From NCBI GenBank assembly GCA_012295275.1, contig CM022672.1, positions 7,936,001-8,000,000 on the forward strand: a DNA stretch of 64,000 bases, in the 5' to 3' direction. Position numbers and translations under genes: made by a program. This document shows, piece after piece, positions 11,601-22,853 of the stretch. The notes under the pieces are model-generated. The model did no database searches, was not told the DNA's origin, and was given only the letters and a program-made list of their open reading frames with translations. Position 1 is the first letter of the stretch, and the number at the start of each line of letters is the position of its first letter. The DNA is from Chrysomallon squamiferum. Taxonomy: Eukaryota; Animalia; Mollusca.

Positions 11601-13701
11601 CTGCTAAAATAAAATATTTAAAAGAAATAAATAAAATAATAATAATAATAAAAAAATAATAAAACAAAAAATTAAATAAATAGTAATAAATAAATAGATA
11701 GATATATTTTTTAAAAAGATACATTTGTTTTTAATACAACCCAACTTTGTTGATATCAACTATTTTGTATTGTTAGTATTTTTTAACTTTTTTTTATTAT
11801 GTCAGATTACTGAGACTGTGGTGGAAGAAGAAGAAGACTCCAGTGACTCTGACTCATCCAGTCATCCAGCAGCAGCAACAGCAGCAGCAACAGCATCAGG
11901 GATAGCAGTGGCGCTGAAGGGTAAATTCAACAAACAGAAAACAACAGAGTCTGAGAGTAAACCAGGTCTTCCTTCAACACAGAACAGAAAACCTCTGGGT
12001 GTGAAACCGTCACTTCCCAAACCAGTGGCTAAACCTGAGAATCTGAGTAGCACTGAGAGACACTCTACAGCCAGTCACAGGAAAACACAACCATCCAGTG
12101 ATGAATGATGATGATGATGGTAATGATGATGTCAGATCACGGACTGGTGTGTCTGATCTGGCCAGTATGTTGAAGTCGAAGTTCGAGACGAGACAGAACC
12201 AGGGTGTTTCCGTGAGTAAACCAAACTTGACAGACAATTCAAACAGGAAGGGATCACAGCCAGGAAAAGCAATGATGCCAAAGGGTGTGAATGTTTCTGT
12301 GAAGAAGGAAGATGAGGAGGAGGGTGTCATAGTGAAATCTGTGTTTCCAGTGAGACCAGCAAGTGATACAGAAGCAAAACCATGGCAAAAGAACCAGCAG
12401 ACACAAACAGGCCTGCTTCTATGAAGCCCACCTTGCCTGGCAGACCTAAGCCTGTAGTAGCCAGTGGAAAGAAACCCTCTGCAGCCCCACCAGCAGTTCC
12501 TTCAAACCCGCCAGGTTTGTTGAAGAAGCCATTAACACAAGATGCAGACTCCAACAACAACGACAAACAAAAATTTCCATCAGGTGTATCTGGAATTACT
12601 GCAGCCTTGAAATCAAAATTTGAAAACAAACCAGAATGTGAAAAATCGAAACCCAGTGTACCAGCAGCTAGTGCTAAACCAAATTTGCCTTCATCTGTTG
12701 GTAAGCCAAATTTGCCTTCATCTGTTGGTAAGCCAAATTTGCCTCCATCTTTTGGTAAGCCAAATTTGCCTTCATCTGTTGCTACATCTAATTTGACTTT
12801 GCCTTCATCTGTTGGTAAGCCAAATTTGCCTTCATCTGTTGGTAAGCCAAATTTGCCTCCAGCTTTTTGTAAGCCAAATTTGCCTTCAGCTATTGCTAAA
12901 CCTAATTTGCCAGCATCTGGAAGCAAACCTGGTAAAATTAACACTAACTGGAACTCTCAGGCAGGTAACTCTTCAAGACCTGCTTCCAGTCAGTCTGCAG
13001 CAGATGAATTAAAGTCGATTAAGCGAGGAGGCAAGCCAGTGGGTGATTTAGTCAGTGCTTTGAGTGGAAAGTTAAACTTTGGAGGTGAACAGCCAGCAAA
13101 ACGACTGTCAGCGGAACCTTCAAGTGACCACAGACCTTCAGTTGAAGTAAATAACGCACTGAATAAAAACAAGTCTGAGACATACACTGCCATTGCTGAC
13201 TACAGTTCCCAGGGTGAGGGAGAACTCTCTATGGAAGAAGGCGAGGAATTCACAGTTATTGACAAAACCGATTCAGGGTGGTGGCAAGTGAGTCGACTAG
13301 GCGGAGAGGAAGGGTGGGTGCCTTCGTCCTACCTGCAGGTCAAGGAGAGCAAGGCATCACTGAAACATGTTAATTCTGACAGGAGCAGCAACCCCACCCC
13401 TAAACCTGCCCCGAACAAGTCACAACAGTCTGAGACAAAAGTCCAGTACAGAACTACTGCAATGTTCACAGCAGAGAATGCAGGGGAGGTCGGGTTTGAC
13501 GAAGGGGAGGTGGTGGAGGTGATTGAGAAGACGGAGGAAGGTTGGTGGTTTGTTCAGATTGGAGGAACTGAGGGATGGGCTCCAGCTGATTACATCAGAG
13601 AGGAGGTGATTAATGTGCCAGTCCAAGGTGGGGCGAAGCCTCCTGCCCCACCAAAAAATAAACCCGCATTTAAGCCAAGCTTGCCTGCCTATCCGAGATA
13701 A
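424..13701 (+). CDS. SH3PXD2A: SH3 and PX domain-containing protein 2A-like (Tks5/Fish); 5'-partial, spliced; PX C-terminus + 5 SH3 domains
   Basis: Manually spliced GT-AG exons with consistent phases: 424-521, 7481-7632, 8922-9032, 9423-9540, 9807-10113, 10646-10768, 11238-11348, 11806-13701. The first exon (ISQCDEVIDFFSPKQEDLDP) resembles the Tks PX C-terminus. Five SH3 signatures follow (GWWFV..GWAPSTYL; GWWLV..GFAPATYL; DWWFV..GWAPMSYI; GWWQV..GWVPSSYL; GWWFV..GWAPADYI). The last exon needs two 1-nt indel corrections. Confidence 0.88.
1978..1986 (+). CDS. candidate 9-nt (or 6-nt via NAGNAG) frame-preserving microexon of the Tks5-like gene
   Basis: ctgattctttcttcag|CAGAATTAG|gtaagt: pyrimidine tract and perfect donor; length is a multiple of 3 inside a phase-2 intron. 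Confidence 0.5.
   Translation, partial: QN
2588..2605 (+). CDS. candidate 18-nt frame-preserving microexon of the Tks5-like gene
   Basis: TACTAAC at 2514-2520; tattttag|TCCTTCCTACAACAAAAT|gtatga; TGCATG downstream at about 2650; no stop in frame. Confidence 0.35.
7481..7632 (+). CDS. SH3PXD2A: Tks5-like exon: SH3 #1 N-half
   Basis: aacag|G..ATTG|gtatgt; QYKVIADYDKQETGEITLQEGTIVEVVEKCEI. Confidence 0.92.
7618..7960 (+). repeat. about 105-bp degenerate tandem repeat x3-4 containing a splice donor
   Basis: aaa(t/c)tggtatgtga.acc..attgt/attatt..aaatgttag.ttgtaa units. Confidence 0.65.
8922..9032 (+). CDS. SH3PXD2A: Tks5-like exon: SH3 #1 C-half
   Basis: ttaag|GT..GAAG|gtaaat; WWFVNGEDEQGWAPSTYLEP. 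Confidence 0.92.
9423..9540 (+). CDS. SH3PXD2A: Tks5-like exon: SH3 #2 N-part
   Basis: ttacag|AA..GTCAG|gtaggg; EQYICIASFSASNPDEISLEKGVVVEVVEKNLDGWWLV. Confidence 0.92.
9807..10113 (+). CDS. SH3PXD2A: Tks5-like exon: SH3 #2 end + linker
   Basis: gccag|A..GTG|gtgagt; YQGQEGFAPATYL...RPPPRQNSIV. Confidence 0.9.
10099..10220 (+). repeat. 25-bp tandem repeat x5 spanning a splice donor
   Basis: cagaattctatcgtggtgagtagaa and variants. Confidence 0.9.
10646..10768 (+). CDS. SH3PXD2A: Tks5-like exon: SH3 #3 N-half
   Basis: ttccag|GTA..ACT|gtgaga; YVTVTDFTDPVGDGISFTAGERVT. Confidence 0.88.
11055..11258 (+). repeat. about 44-bp degenerate tandem repeat x5 containing a splice acceptor
   Basis: ttttatgtt..tttgtaggtgatagagaa units. 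Confidence 0.75.
11238..11348 (+). CDS. SH3PXD2A: Tks5-like exon: SH3 #3 C-half
   Basis: ttgtag|GTG..CAG|gtgaga; VIEKGANDWWFVQINGREGWAPMSYIQ. Confidence 0.9.
11806..13701 (+). CDS. SH3PXD2A: Tks5-like terminal coding exon: Pro-rich linker + SH3 #4 and #5 (two apparent frameshifts, near 12105 and 12390)
   Basis: gtcag|ATT acceptor. ORF pieces 11725-12108, 12098-12424 and 12382-13701 overlap in frames 1, 2, 1. Two SH3 domains at about 13180-13340 and 13445-13605; TAA at 13699-13701. Confidence 0.85.
12646..12930 (+). repeat. coding 27-bp minisatellite (KPNLPSSVG x about 9-10)
   Basis: aagccaaatttgccttcatctgttggt units. Confidence 0.95.
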
Positions 13702-14350
13702 AAACAGATCGTTGTGTTAACTAACGTGTCCGATATTTTTCACCTGCTAGAAATTATTTTTGTTACAAGGTGACAAACATTACAGTGTTGTTTTGATACT
13801 GATTTGTTGTTATCAGAAACACTTGTTTTGTTTTGTTGGTTACCAAAATGAAAACCTAAATGCTGTACTAAGGGGTTTTGAAAAGGCCGATTGTTTGCTA
13901 ATTTGAATTACACAGATGATCAGTTTATAAAGTGAATTTTGGAAAAGCTTTACAAAATACTCAATTAAAATTAATGAAGTATGAAATATTTGAATCGGAA
14001 ACATACCATCAAAAACAGTTCATGATATAATTACAGATTGCTAACAAAGATATTTGGACTATTTACTAGTGAATCTTAATACTTAGCAGTCAGACTACTC
14101 AAAGGCAGATGTTCCTGCTTTACCGTGTACTACAACCATCCTATCAGAAGACTCGGGACTCGGGGTGTTTGTGCTAAAAGTGTGTGAAACCCAAGATTCA
14201 AATAGTACATTTATTATAACCACCTATAAGAAGTTACAAAGTTTTGGTGGTTTCCACAAGTTACTGAGTCTGTTTTGTTCAGTTAAAATAATTCATCTAT
14301 CACAAGTTAAAATGTCCACACTTTTATCTACTTTTTATTTGATATTTATT

Positions 14351-14381
<31 letters not shown>

Positions 14382-15818
14382 TATATATCTTTTTAATAGT
14401 ATGTTACAACTGTCAGCATTTAAACAATTTTTAATGCAAATTTTTTATTTATTATTTTACATCATCAACAAAGATAGTTAATATAAAAGGATTACATTGT
14501 TACCCCCCCATGTAGCTGAAGGTTCATTGTACTTGATAACATCAAAGTAGATTGTGTTGACATTGTGTAACATTGTTCGTTTTAACTTTGATATTTAATT
14601 TACAGAGGTACAGTTCATATCTGGGCATAAAAATCTAAATCTGATACAGTATTTTTTTTTTTATTTCTTCTTTCAATAACTTAATTTAATTTTTAAATTT
14701 TTTAATACTTGTTGAGACCAAATAATTACATTTTATATATTTTGTTTTTAGACCAAATAATTTTAAATTTTTTTTATATATTTTTTGTTTTGAATTTTAT
14801 AAAAAAAAACATTTTTAAATAATATTTTTTTATATACATTTTGTTTTCAATATAGTTTTTTAATTTTAATTTTTTTTTAGTAATGATATATACATTTTAT
14901 TTAGTTTTATTTATTAACTGTTTTGTTTAAAAAATCAAATACTTGATATAACAACATTTATATTAGCAGTAGATATAATAATTCAGAAAAGTAGTAAAAT
15001 TGACTAGTTTGCATTCTAATAATCATAAATGACACAGTCTGAAATTAACTATTTATTTTTATTTTCATTTTATTTTTATTCTAGACTTGTACATGTAAAC
15101 ATTTTTGTATAGAGAAAATTCAGTATTTACTGATACAATCAGTCTGAAAGGACTTTTTGCACATTTGCAAATCAATTATTTACTGGCTCGTTCGTATAAG
15201 ACTTTTTGTTCAGATAATTCAGTATTTTAGTGGACAATTTCTGTAGAAATTGTTTTGGTGACTTAAAGAGGTGAAAAAATAAAAACAAATAAAACAAAAA
15301 CAAACAAAAGGAAGAAAAATAAAATGAAATAAAATAAAACCCAAGATAAAAACAAACAACAAAAACCTACTATGAAAATGTATAAAGCTACAACACACAT
15401 TAATCGTAACTTCTACATTGACTTTAAACATGATAGCTAATAATAAATTGTATTAACATGATACAGTAATTAACATCTTTAATACTTTGTCAGTTTTTTC
15501 ATTATTGTCTCTGACATTAATAAATATATACAAATACAGCTTTTAATGAATCTATTGATTTTGACACGCAGTACTTTTATAAGCCATTTTATGTAGATAC
15601 TTAAAAATGAATGGTAGGTTTCATTTCATAGACGTATAATCAGAATGTTTTATTTTCTTATAGTGCTAAATCTTACCTTACTGACAGACTTTCAGTTTGT
15701 TCACAGCACAGTTTATTTATCTTTATGTGTTTTGAACATCTGACAAAGATGTTTTTTGAGTTGTTAATGTTCGACAGTTGAATGTTTTAACTTTGACAAT
15801 GGATATTTTCAGTATTAT

Positions 15819-15927
<109 letters not shown>

Positions 15928-15997
15928 GTATTTATAGATAGATAGATAGACAGAGATACAGATAACCAGAAACAATGGATGAACATGGTACCAATTA

Positions 15998-16237
15998 TCA
16001 AAAATCATTTATATCTTTTTAATAATAATAATGACAATTCTTTTTACTTTCATGGCAAATAAATAGATTTTTTTTTTTTTTAAATGTTTACTAAAACAGC
16101 TAATCCGTCCTTGCATTTTGAAGGGAAAGAATATAATTTTTCTGTATGAAATCTTTACACACATCATTCATGGTCACATCTGGGGAAGGGGGTCTAGTCA
16201 CCCCTCCCATTTGACAATGAGCAAAATATTTTCATCA
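15998..16237. repeat. inverted repeat arm (partner 19464-19675)
   Basis: Reverse complement of 19464-19675; both arms have a long CT/GA tract on their outer side (15822-15922 and 19674-19765). Confidence 0.85.
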
Positions 16238-17703
16238 CTTAATGTGCAAGAAGCAGTTTTCTTTTTATGTTTAACAAAACTTAGTGCATTATTCAGCACT
16301 TTTAATACAGTCAAAATTCAGATGCTTGAGATTACCAATCACATTGCCTCATGAAAAGAAATCTCGATTCAGTAATTCAAAACATTCATTGGGCTGTACT
16401 TATACCAAATCAACATTAGATGAAGAAGAAGAGTTGTTAGTGGGATCATTTTTGAAGTCTAAAACAGATTAAAAGAGCTGTGATGTCTTAAACTTAACAC
16501 AAAAAAAGTGCTATGGGACCAAGCATTAATTGTCATATTTTTGTTTATTTATTTATTTTTTTTTTTATATTTTGTTTACATTAATAATAACTAATAAAAT
16601 AATTTTATTTACATGAATAAATATTAAGAAAATTTAGTTTGCATTTTTAATGTTTTAATGTTTTAATGAATAATATTTAAAGCATTTAAAACATTAAAAA
16701 GTATGAATATTTATAATAGTTCTTTTTTGTTCATGTGATTGATATTTATTATTTATTTAAATTAATAATACTAAGAATATTTAATGGCTGGATGAATAAT
16801 GTTGGAATATTTTGTATACATGAATAACATTTAGAATATTCAACATGAATACAATTTTGAATTTTGTTTGCTGTATTAATAATATTTATAGCATTTTGAT
16901 TAAAGGAATAATATTCATAATATTTTTGTTGCATGAATTATGCTTTATCATTAATTGTGTTATGATATTTAGAACATTTTGTTAGCATGATTTTTTTAAA
17001 ATAATTTAATTACTTGAATAATATTTAGAAAATGTTTATAGCTTTTATATAAGATCATTAGGTTTATATTAATAACAGGTAGTTTGAATTGCAAGAGTAA
17101 AACAGCATGCTTGTTTTATTATATAGAAAATTATGATATTTCTGCTGTTAACAAAAACTGCTGGTATGTAGTGAAATGCCAGTGTAAGAAAGCACAATAT
17201 TTTTCTGACTATTTTTGCTCAGAGTGAAATCAAATTAAAAGTTATCTTGTAATTCTGGGAGTTATTACAGTGAAAATTATTTGATTAATTATATCAGTGT
17301 TTACAAATGATGATTTACATACCTTTATTCTGATTTATAAATATCTTTCGAGTTTTTCCTTCAAATATCATCACAGAAAACTATTGATCATCGTCTTCAT
17401 CAATTTTATCATCATCTTTTCTTTACTTTTGATATATATATAAACTGTAATATCTGAAGTAGTAAGTAAAACTATAATGTGTTAAGTAGTAAACATAATT
17501 TGTGATGTGAATGAAAATAATTTGTTCTGTGTCTGAAGAAGTAAATTTATAACAATAAATAAAATATCAAATGTGCCATAGTTATTTGCTTTGTTGAATT
17601 ATATAGTTACTTAACAATTTTAATATTTTTAATTTATTTTCAAGAAATGCTATATTTTAATTATAACTCATATTTGCTTCTAATGAAGACTGAGTCAGGG
17701 ATG

Positions 17704-17785
<82 letters not shown>

Positions 17786-17791
<6 letters not shown>

Positions 17792-18103
17792 AATACAGAT
17801 TTAATATTTCTGGTCTCTCTCCCTCCCACTCTTAATCTCTCCTCCGTCTCTCTCTGAATGCTTTGATAATAGCCCAAGTCTTCTCTCCATCTCCACGTGT
17901 AACAAAAGGGAGTGCTCATGTCACAAGGTGTGCAGTTCTCTCTCAATAATTTAGGATTATATGTAAACAGGTAAGCTCTTCATGAATCCCTCCTTGGCAT
18001 TTACAAAGAATGATCTAAATCCTGTTCTATCGACAAAACGCCTCTGTCTTTTTTTACACTCTGTCTGTCATAAAACACGATTAATCAATTTAACGTTACA
18101 TAT

Positions 18104-18201
<98 letters not shown>
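17786..18201 (+). repeat. scrambled, deletion-riddled tandem copy of module A
   Basis: Blocks identical to 18250-18680 interleaved with short ctctc patches. Confidence 0.8.
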
Positions 18202-18202
<1 letters not shown>

Positions 18203-18212
18203 ATAAAAAATA

Positions 18213-18681
18213 TAAATACTGTTATAAAAATATATGTTTTGGCGTAAAGTATTGTGAAATACAGATTTAATATTTCGTGTCAAAAGAACTGGTACAAAAA
18301 CACGGAATTAATCTCCCTCCCACTGTTAATGTAGTTCTGAACGTAACTGTTTGGAAGCACGACCTCCGTCTCATCTCTGAATGCTTTGATAATAGCCCAA
18401 GTGGGGTCCGGGTTCGTGACAGATCCATAGGCGTGTCCACGTGTAACAAAAGGGAGTGCCAAGCATGTCACAAGGTGAATGCAGTTCGCGCGAAGACAAT
18501 AATTTAGGATTATATGTAAACAGGTAAGCAAAATTCATGAATCCCTCCTTGGCATTTACAAAGAATGATTTAAATCCTGTTCTATCGACAAAACGCCTCG
18601 ATGTCTTTTTTTACACTCTGTACATGTCATAAAACACGATTAATAGAAATATTTGTAAAAAAAATTTAACGTTACATATAG

Positions 18682-18770
<89 letters not shown>
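18213..18770 (+). repeat. interspersed repeat module A + (CT)n; inverted copy at 42167-42660
   Basis: Near-identical reverse complement; the ORF track shows the same 83-aa and 60-aa translations on opposite strands. Confidence 0.9.
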
Positions 18771-18773
<3 letters not shown>

Positions 18774-19111
18774 GCTCCATCTCTCATATATTCTATCCCA
18801 TTTGATTCATTCATAATTTACTAAACACATTAAAATGATCAGATTCTATAACTATTAATGATGGTTTTCCCTCTTTCCATTGACATTAAACTCTGTATGA
18901 AATTTCACCACATGCATACTCTAACAATCTCTAAACTGAATAATTCATTCAAGTTATGGATTTTAAATACTTTGCGTCGTCATTGCTGTAGATTAGTTAT
19001 AAAAATATATATTCACAAATAGCCAAAATGAATAATTTATAAGTGAGATTACTGGAGAACTAAATGTTTTCTGACATCGTAGTCTTATTTTTAATTACGC
19101 GCCAGGTTGTA

Positions 19112-19112
<1 letters not shown>

Positions 19113-19199
<87 letters not shown>

Positions 19200-19207
19200 G
19201 AAAAAAT
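19113..19207. repeat. long poly(A) tract
   Basis: About 95 nt of nearly pure A. Confidence 0.9.
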
Positions 19208-19670
19208 ACCAATACATAAAAAGCATTCATTAACAGAACAGCAACGACAGCATCTGAAATAACAACAGAACGAAATTAAAAATAAATATAAGAAAAACAA
19301 AAATGAAAAAAAACAAACAAAAAATGCTGTAACGTAGTCACCTCTGTGTTTTGTAGAGAATATATATGTATATGTGGAATGTCTCTCTCTTATTTGGATT
19401 TTGTGTATTTATTTCGATTTTTATTTATTTATTTTTCACTTTAAAAACTTCAACTAAATAAAATGATGAAAATATTTTGCTCATTGTCAAATGGGAGGGG
19501 TGACTAGACCCTTCCCCAGATGTGACCATGAATGACAAGACAAAAATTCTATTCTTTCCTTCAAAAATGTAGGACGGATTAGCTGTTTTAGTAAACATTT
19601 AAAAAAAAAAAAAAAAAAAAATCTATTTATTTGATGAAAGAAAAAAGAATTGTCAGAGATATAAATGATT

Positions 19671-19768
<98 letters not shown>

Positions 19769-20076
19769 TGATATACGTTACCTCTGTGTTTTTGTATGAT
19801 TGAATGAATATGTTTATGCTTGTGAATGTCTCTCTCTTATTTGGATGTGTTGTGTATTTATTTCGGCTATTTTGTATTTATTTATTTTTCCCTTTAAAAA
19901 CTTCAAGTAAATAAAATAAAACAAAAGAAGAAAGTTGTATTTCATAAACCTTAGATAAACTAATGTATTGATTTTAGACACCAGAATATAGCACCAACAA
20001 TACAACAGCAACAACAATAATAATAATAAAATTGAAATAAGTATTTAAAATATTAAATACTACTACTACTACAACT

Positions 20077-20163
<87 letters not shown>

Positions 20164-20734
20164 CAATAATAATAATAAATAAATAAATAAATAAAGAAAT
20201 TAAAATAAGATAAAAATAATAATAAATAAAAATAACGCAATAATATATGACTACTCAAAATAACAAATATTGACATATTATTATTATTATTTTTGCTCTT
20301 ACTGCCCTGGGGTTTTAAATTATTGATCATTTCCGACGTAGTACAAGTCACAGTCAACTTTGAATAGAGCGAGGCCCTCATCTCTTGAATTTATATCCCA
20401 CTCGTCAAGTTTTAAAATGATTTAACATGAACTTTCAGTCTGCGAGACCCTGGCACTGTAAACCTCAGTTCTGACTGAGTATACGAACCAGCGGAATATT
20501 TCCAGTTATTTTCTGAAAATGTTTACTATTGTTTACTTATTTACAACACTTTGACGCCTCCGGCTGGGTGAGGAAGATAAAGTGAGTCATGTTATTTTTG
20601 AATACGTTTAAACAGGTTGATAATAAAAGATTTTGTAAATAACTTTATTACAGTCAAACTTTCTGCATTCAACACAAATGCAGTTTGAAAACTTATTATT
20701 TGCAAGTGTTAATTATTAACTGAATAAAAACAGA

Positions 20735-20744
<10 letters not shown>

Positions 20745-20776
<32 letters not shown>

Positions 20777-20875
20777 CAAAGAAAAATGGATTTTGTCGGG
20801 TTTTTAATTATTATTTTTAGTATTATTATTATTATTATTATTAATTTCAACAAAAATAGATATATCAGTGTAGAA
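20745..20875. repeat. inverted repeat arm (partner about 24342-24495)
   Basis: (GA)n..aaaatggattttgtcggg..ttcaacaaaaatagatatatcagtgtagaa matches the reverse complement at 24342-24495. Confidence 0.8.
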
Positions 20876-21569
20876 AAACACAGATTAACACATACGTATG
20901 ACCGAACGTACTCCCGCAGTGAACGAAGAATAATATATTAATGGTTTATACCAAAAATAAACTACTTAAGTATGCAAGTATGCATCTACTGTGTGTTATA
21001 GTTTAATTTAAAATAAAAATATGCGCGTATGATACCTGCATGGAGTGTCTGAATGAATGATTACAGTTCTTCGATACATTAACCGAGAAGATTTGATCCT
21101 AGAGAATGATACAGAGTCATAATTCCTACATAATATGTGCAAACTCGTGATAGTGTAATTTATAAATAATAACCAACGTGGTGGAAATAACCTTAAGTGT
21201 ATGTTATCAGGTAAAAATATACATTTTTTTTATTACTCTTTATAGTTGTTAGGAATTAAAAAAGGAAGCTACAGCTACGACTGAAGTAACAGAGAAATAT
21301 TAAAAGTAAAAATTGCTGAAAGAAAAAGTAACATAAAGACAGAAGAAAAATAAAAATAATAATAAAAAAAACACAAACAGAAACAACATCATCAGCGACA
21401 GTAACAAAACAGCAATTAACAAAAAACAGAACAACTTTAGTCTTCAAGTAAACAAAAAAACATATTATTAACAACAACGATAATAAGCACAATTACAACA
21501 ACAACAACAGCAACAGCATGTATTCTGTCACTAACATTTCGTTTACATGTTTTTAATGATTTTTAACCC

Positions 21570-21865
21570 CGAGGAGAAATTGTAGCCTAGTGGCAAAAGT
21601 ATTCATCTGGATTGTCACGTGTTCATTGCGTCATTCTTCGATAGCGCATGCGCCAATCAGACAAAGGCAGCGGTATGTACGTTCCTGTCTATGGGAACGT
21701 ATAAGTATATAAAATCTGTTGCTGCTGGTTGAAAAAAAGTAACCTACTATGAAGCGTATTTCTTCTCACATTATCTCCACAGTTCCTAACAAAACAGCCG
21801 ACACTTCTGCAGTTGTGGATTAAAAGTGTATTAAGTGCGACATGGAATATACCGTTTTCTTTCTT
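21570..21865 (+). mobile_element. degraded tRNA-derived SINE-like element
   Basis: A-box-like TAGCCTAGTGG at the 5' end; body (tataaaa..ttgctgct..aaaagtaacc..tgaag..) resembles the copies at about 690-780, 33760-33920 and 61230-61390. Confidence 0.5.
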
Positions 21866-22147
21866 CTTACTTTGAATTATTTCAACAATCTCTCCTCTCA
21901 CCTATTTGATCTTTTCATTACTCTAACCTATTTTCACACCTTTTCATTCTCACCTGTTTCAATATCTACCTCCCCCCCACCACTGCACACCGCAAGAATG
22001 TCCTAATTAAACAGCCGCGACTAATTTACCTGCGCGGTTAATCTTACAAGCTAACACTGATTTATATGACATTTTTAAAACAAAGGAATTACTTCCAGGT
22101 AACTGACAAACACGTCGACTAATTAGCTGTATTAGAACAACATCGGA

Positions 22148-22281
22148 CAGGGGCGGATCCCAGGTGTCAACAAGGTGGGGCACCCTTCATCAGTGTGGAC
22201 GTGACAGAGAAAAATAAATGAGTTTAATTATTAAAGAATCAATAAGTAAATAAATAAATAATCAAATAAATAATAATGATG

Positions 22282-22345
<64 letters not shown>

Positions 22346-22581
22346 TGATGATGATGATGATAAAACAATAATAATAATGAAGACGATGATGATAATAATT
22401 AAATAAATAAATAAATAAATAATAATAATAATGACGATGATAAAACAATAATAATAATAATGAAAACGATGATGATAATAAATAAATAAATAAATAAATA
22501 ATTTGGATAAAACGGGTGGGGGGGTGGGGTGGGGCTGATGTGGGTCGAGTGCATGCAGCCCCCTCCCTACGTCGGCGCCTG
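22148..22581. mobile_element. possible degraded MITE (CAGGGGCGGATCC.. / ..CGTCGGCGCCTG) with internal (ATA)n expansion
   Basis: GC-rich, partly complementary termini around an AT-rich core; no TSD seen. Confidence 0.3.
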
Positions 22582-22589
22582 ACGGTTAA

Positions 22590-22853
22590 CAAAGTCTTCT
22601 TAGCAGCACGCTAGACCAGTCATCGATTACAAAACCTATCACAACGTCGTATAGCCAAGTCACGTGACCCGACTTACCTGTGGAGTGAGCGTAGCGAGTG
22701 TAATGCGGCAAGACCAGAGATATACGTCGGCGTGTGTTGGTGAATTTCGCGCTGCCTGTGCGTGTGCGTGTGCTTGTTTGTTTACACCTGTGATTACATT
22801 AGTTCGAGGTTTCCGAGGCTGGGGACTGCTGTAAGAAAACCAACGAAGAACCG
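22590..22853 (+). promoter_or_regulatory. CpG-enriched putative promoter / non-coding first exon (probably prominin A) with palindromic GTCACGTGAC E-box
   Basis: Local CpG enrichment in an AT-rich background; GTCACGTGAC at 22659-22668; donor CCG|gtaaga at 22853/22854. Confidence 0.45.

Noticed and set aside
12327-12944. 205-aa minus-strand ORF with GKFGLPTDE repeats
   Set aside because: Antisense shadow of the KPNLPSSVG coding minisatellite.
18267-18531. 83-aa, 76-aa and 60-aa ORFs, two of them duplicated at 42340-42604
   Set aside because: They lie in a recently duplicated repeat, so conservation reflects DNA identity; no recognisable transposase or other domain.
19113-19207. Poly(A) tract as a retrocopy tail
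   Set aside because: No TSD or recognisable upstream retroelement or processed gene; long A runs are common in this window.
21644-21657. GCGCATGCGC (NRF1-like) plus CCAAT as a promoter
   Set aside because: Falls inside a degraded SINE-like element; no independent TSS evidence.
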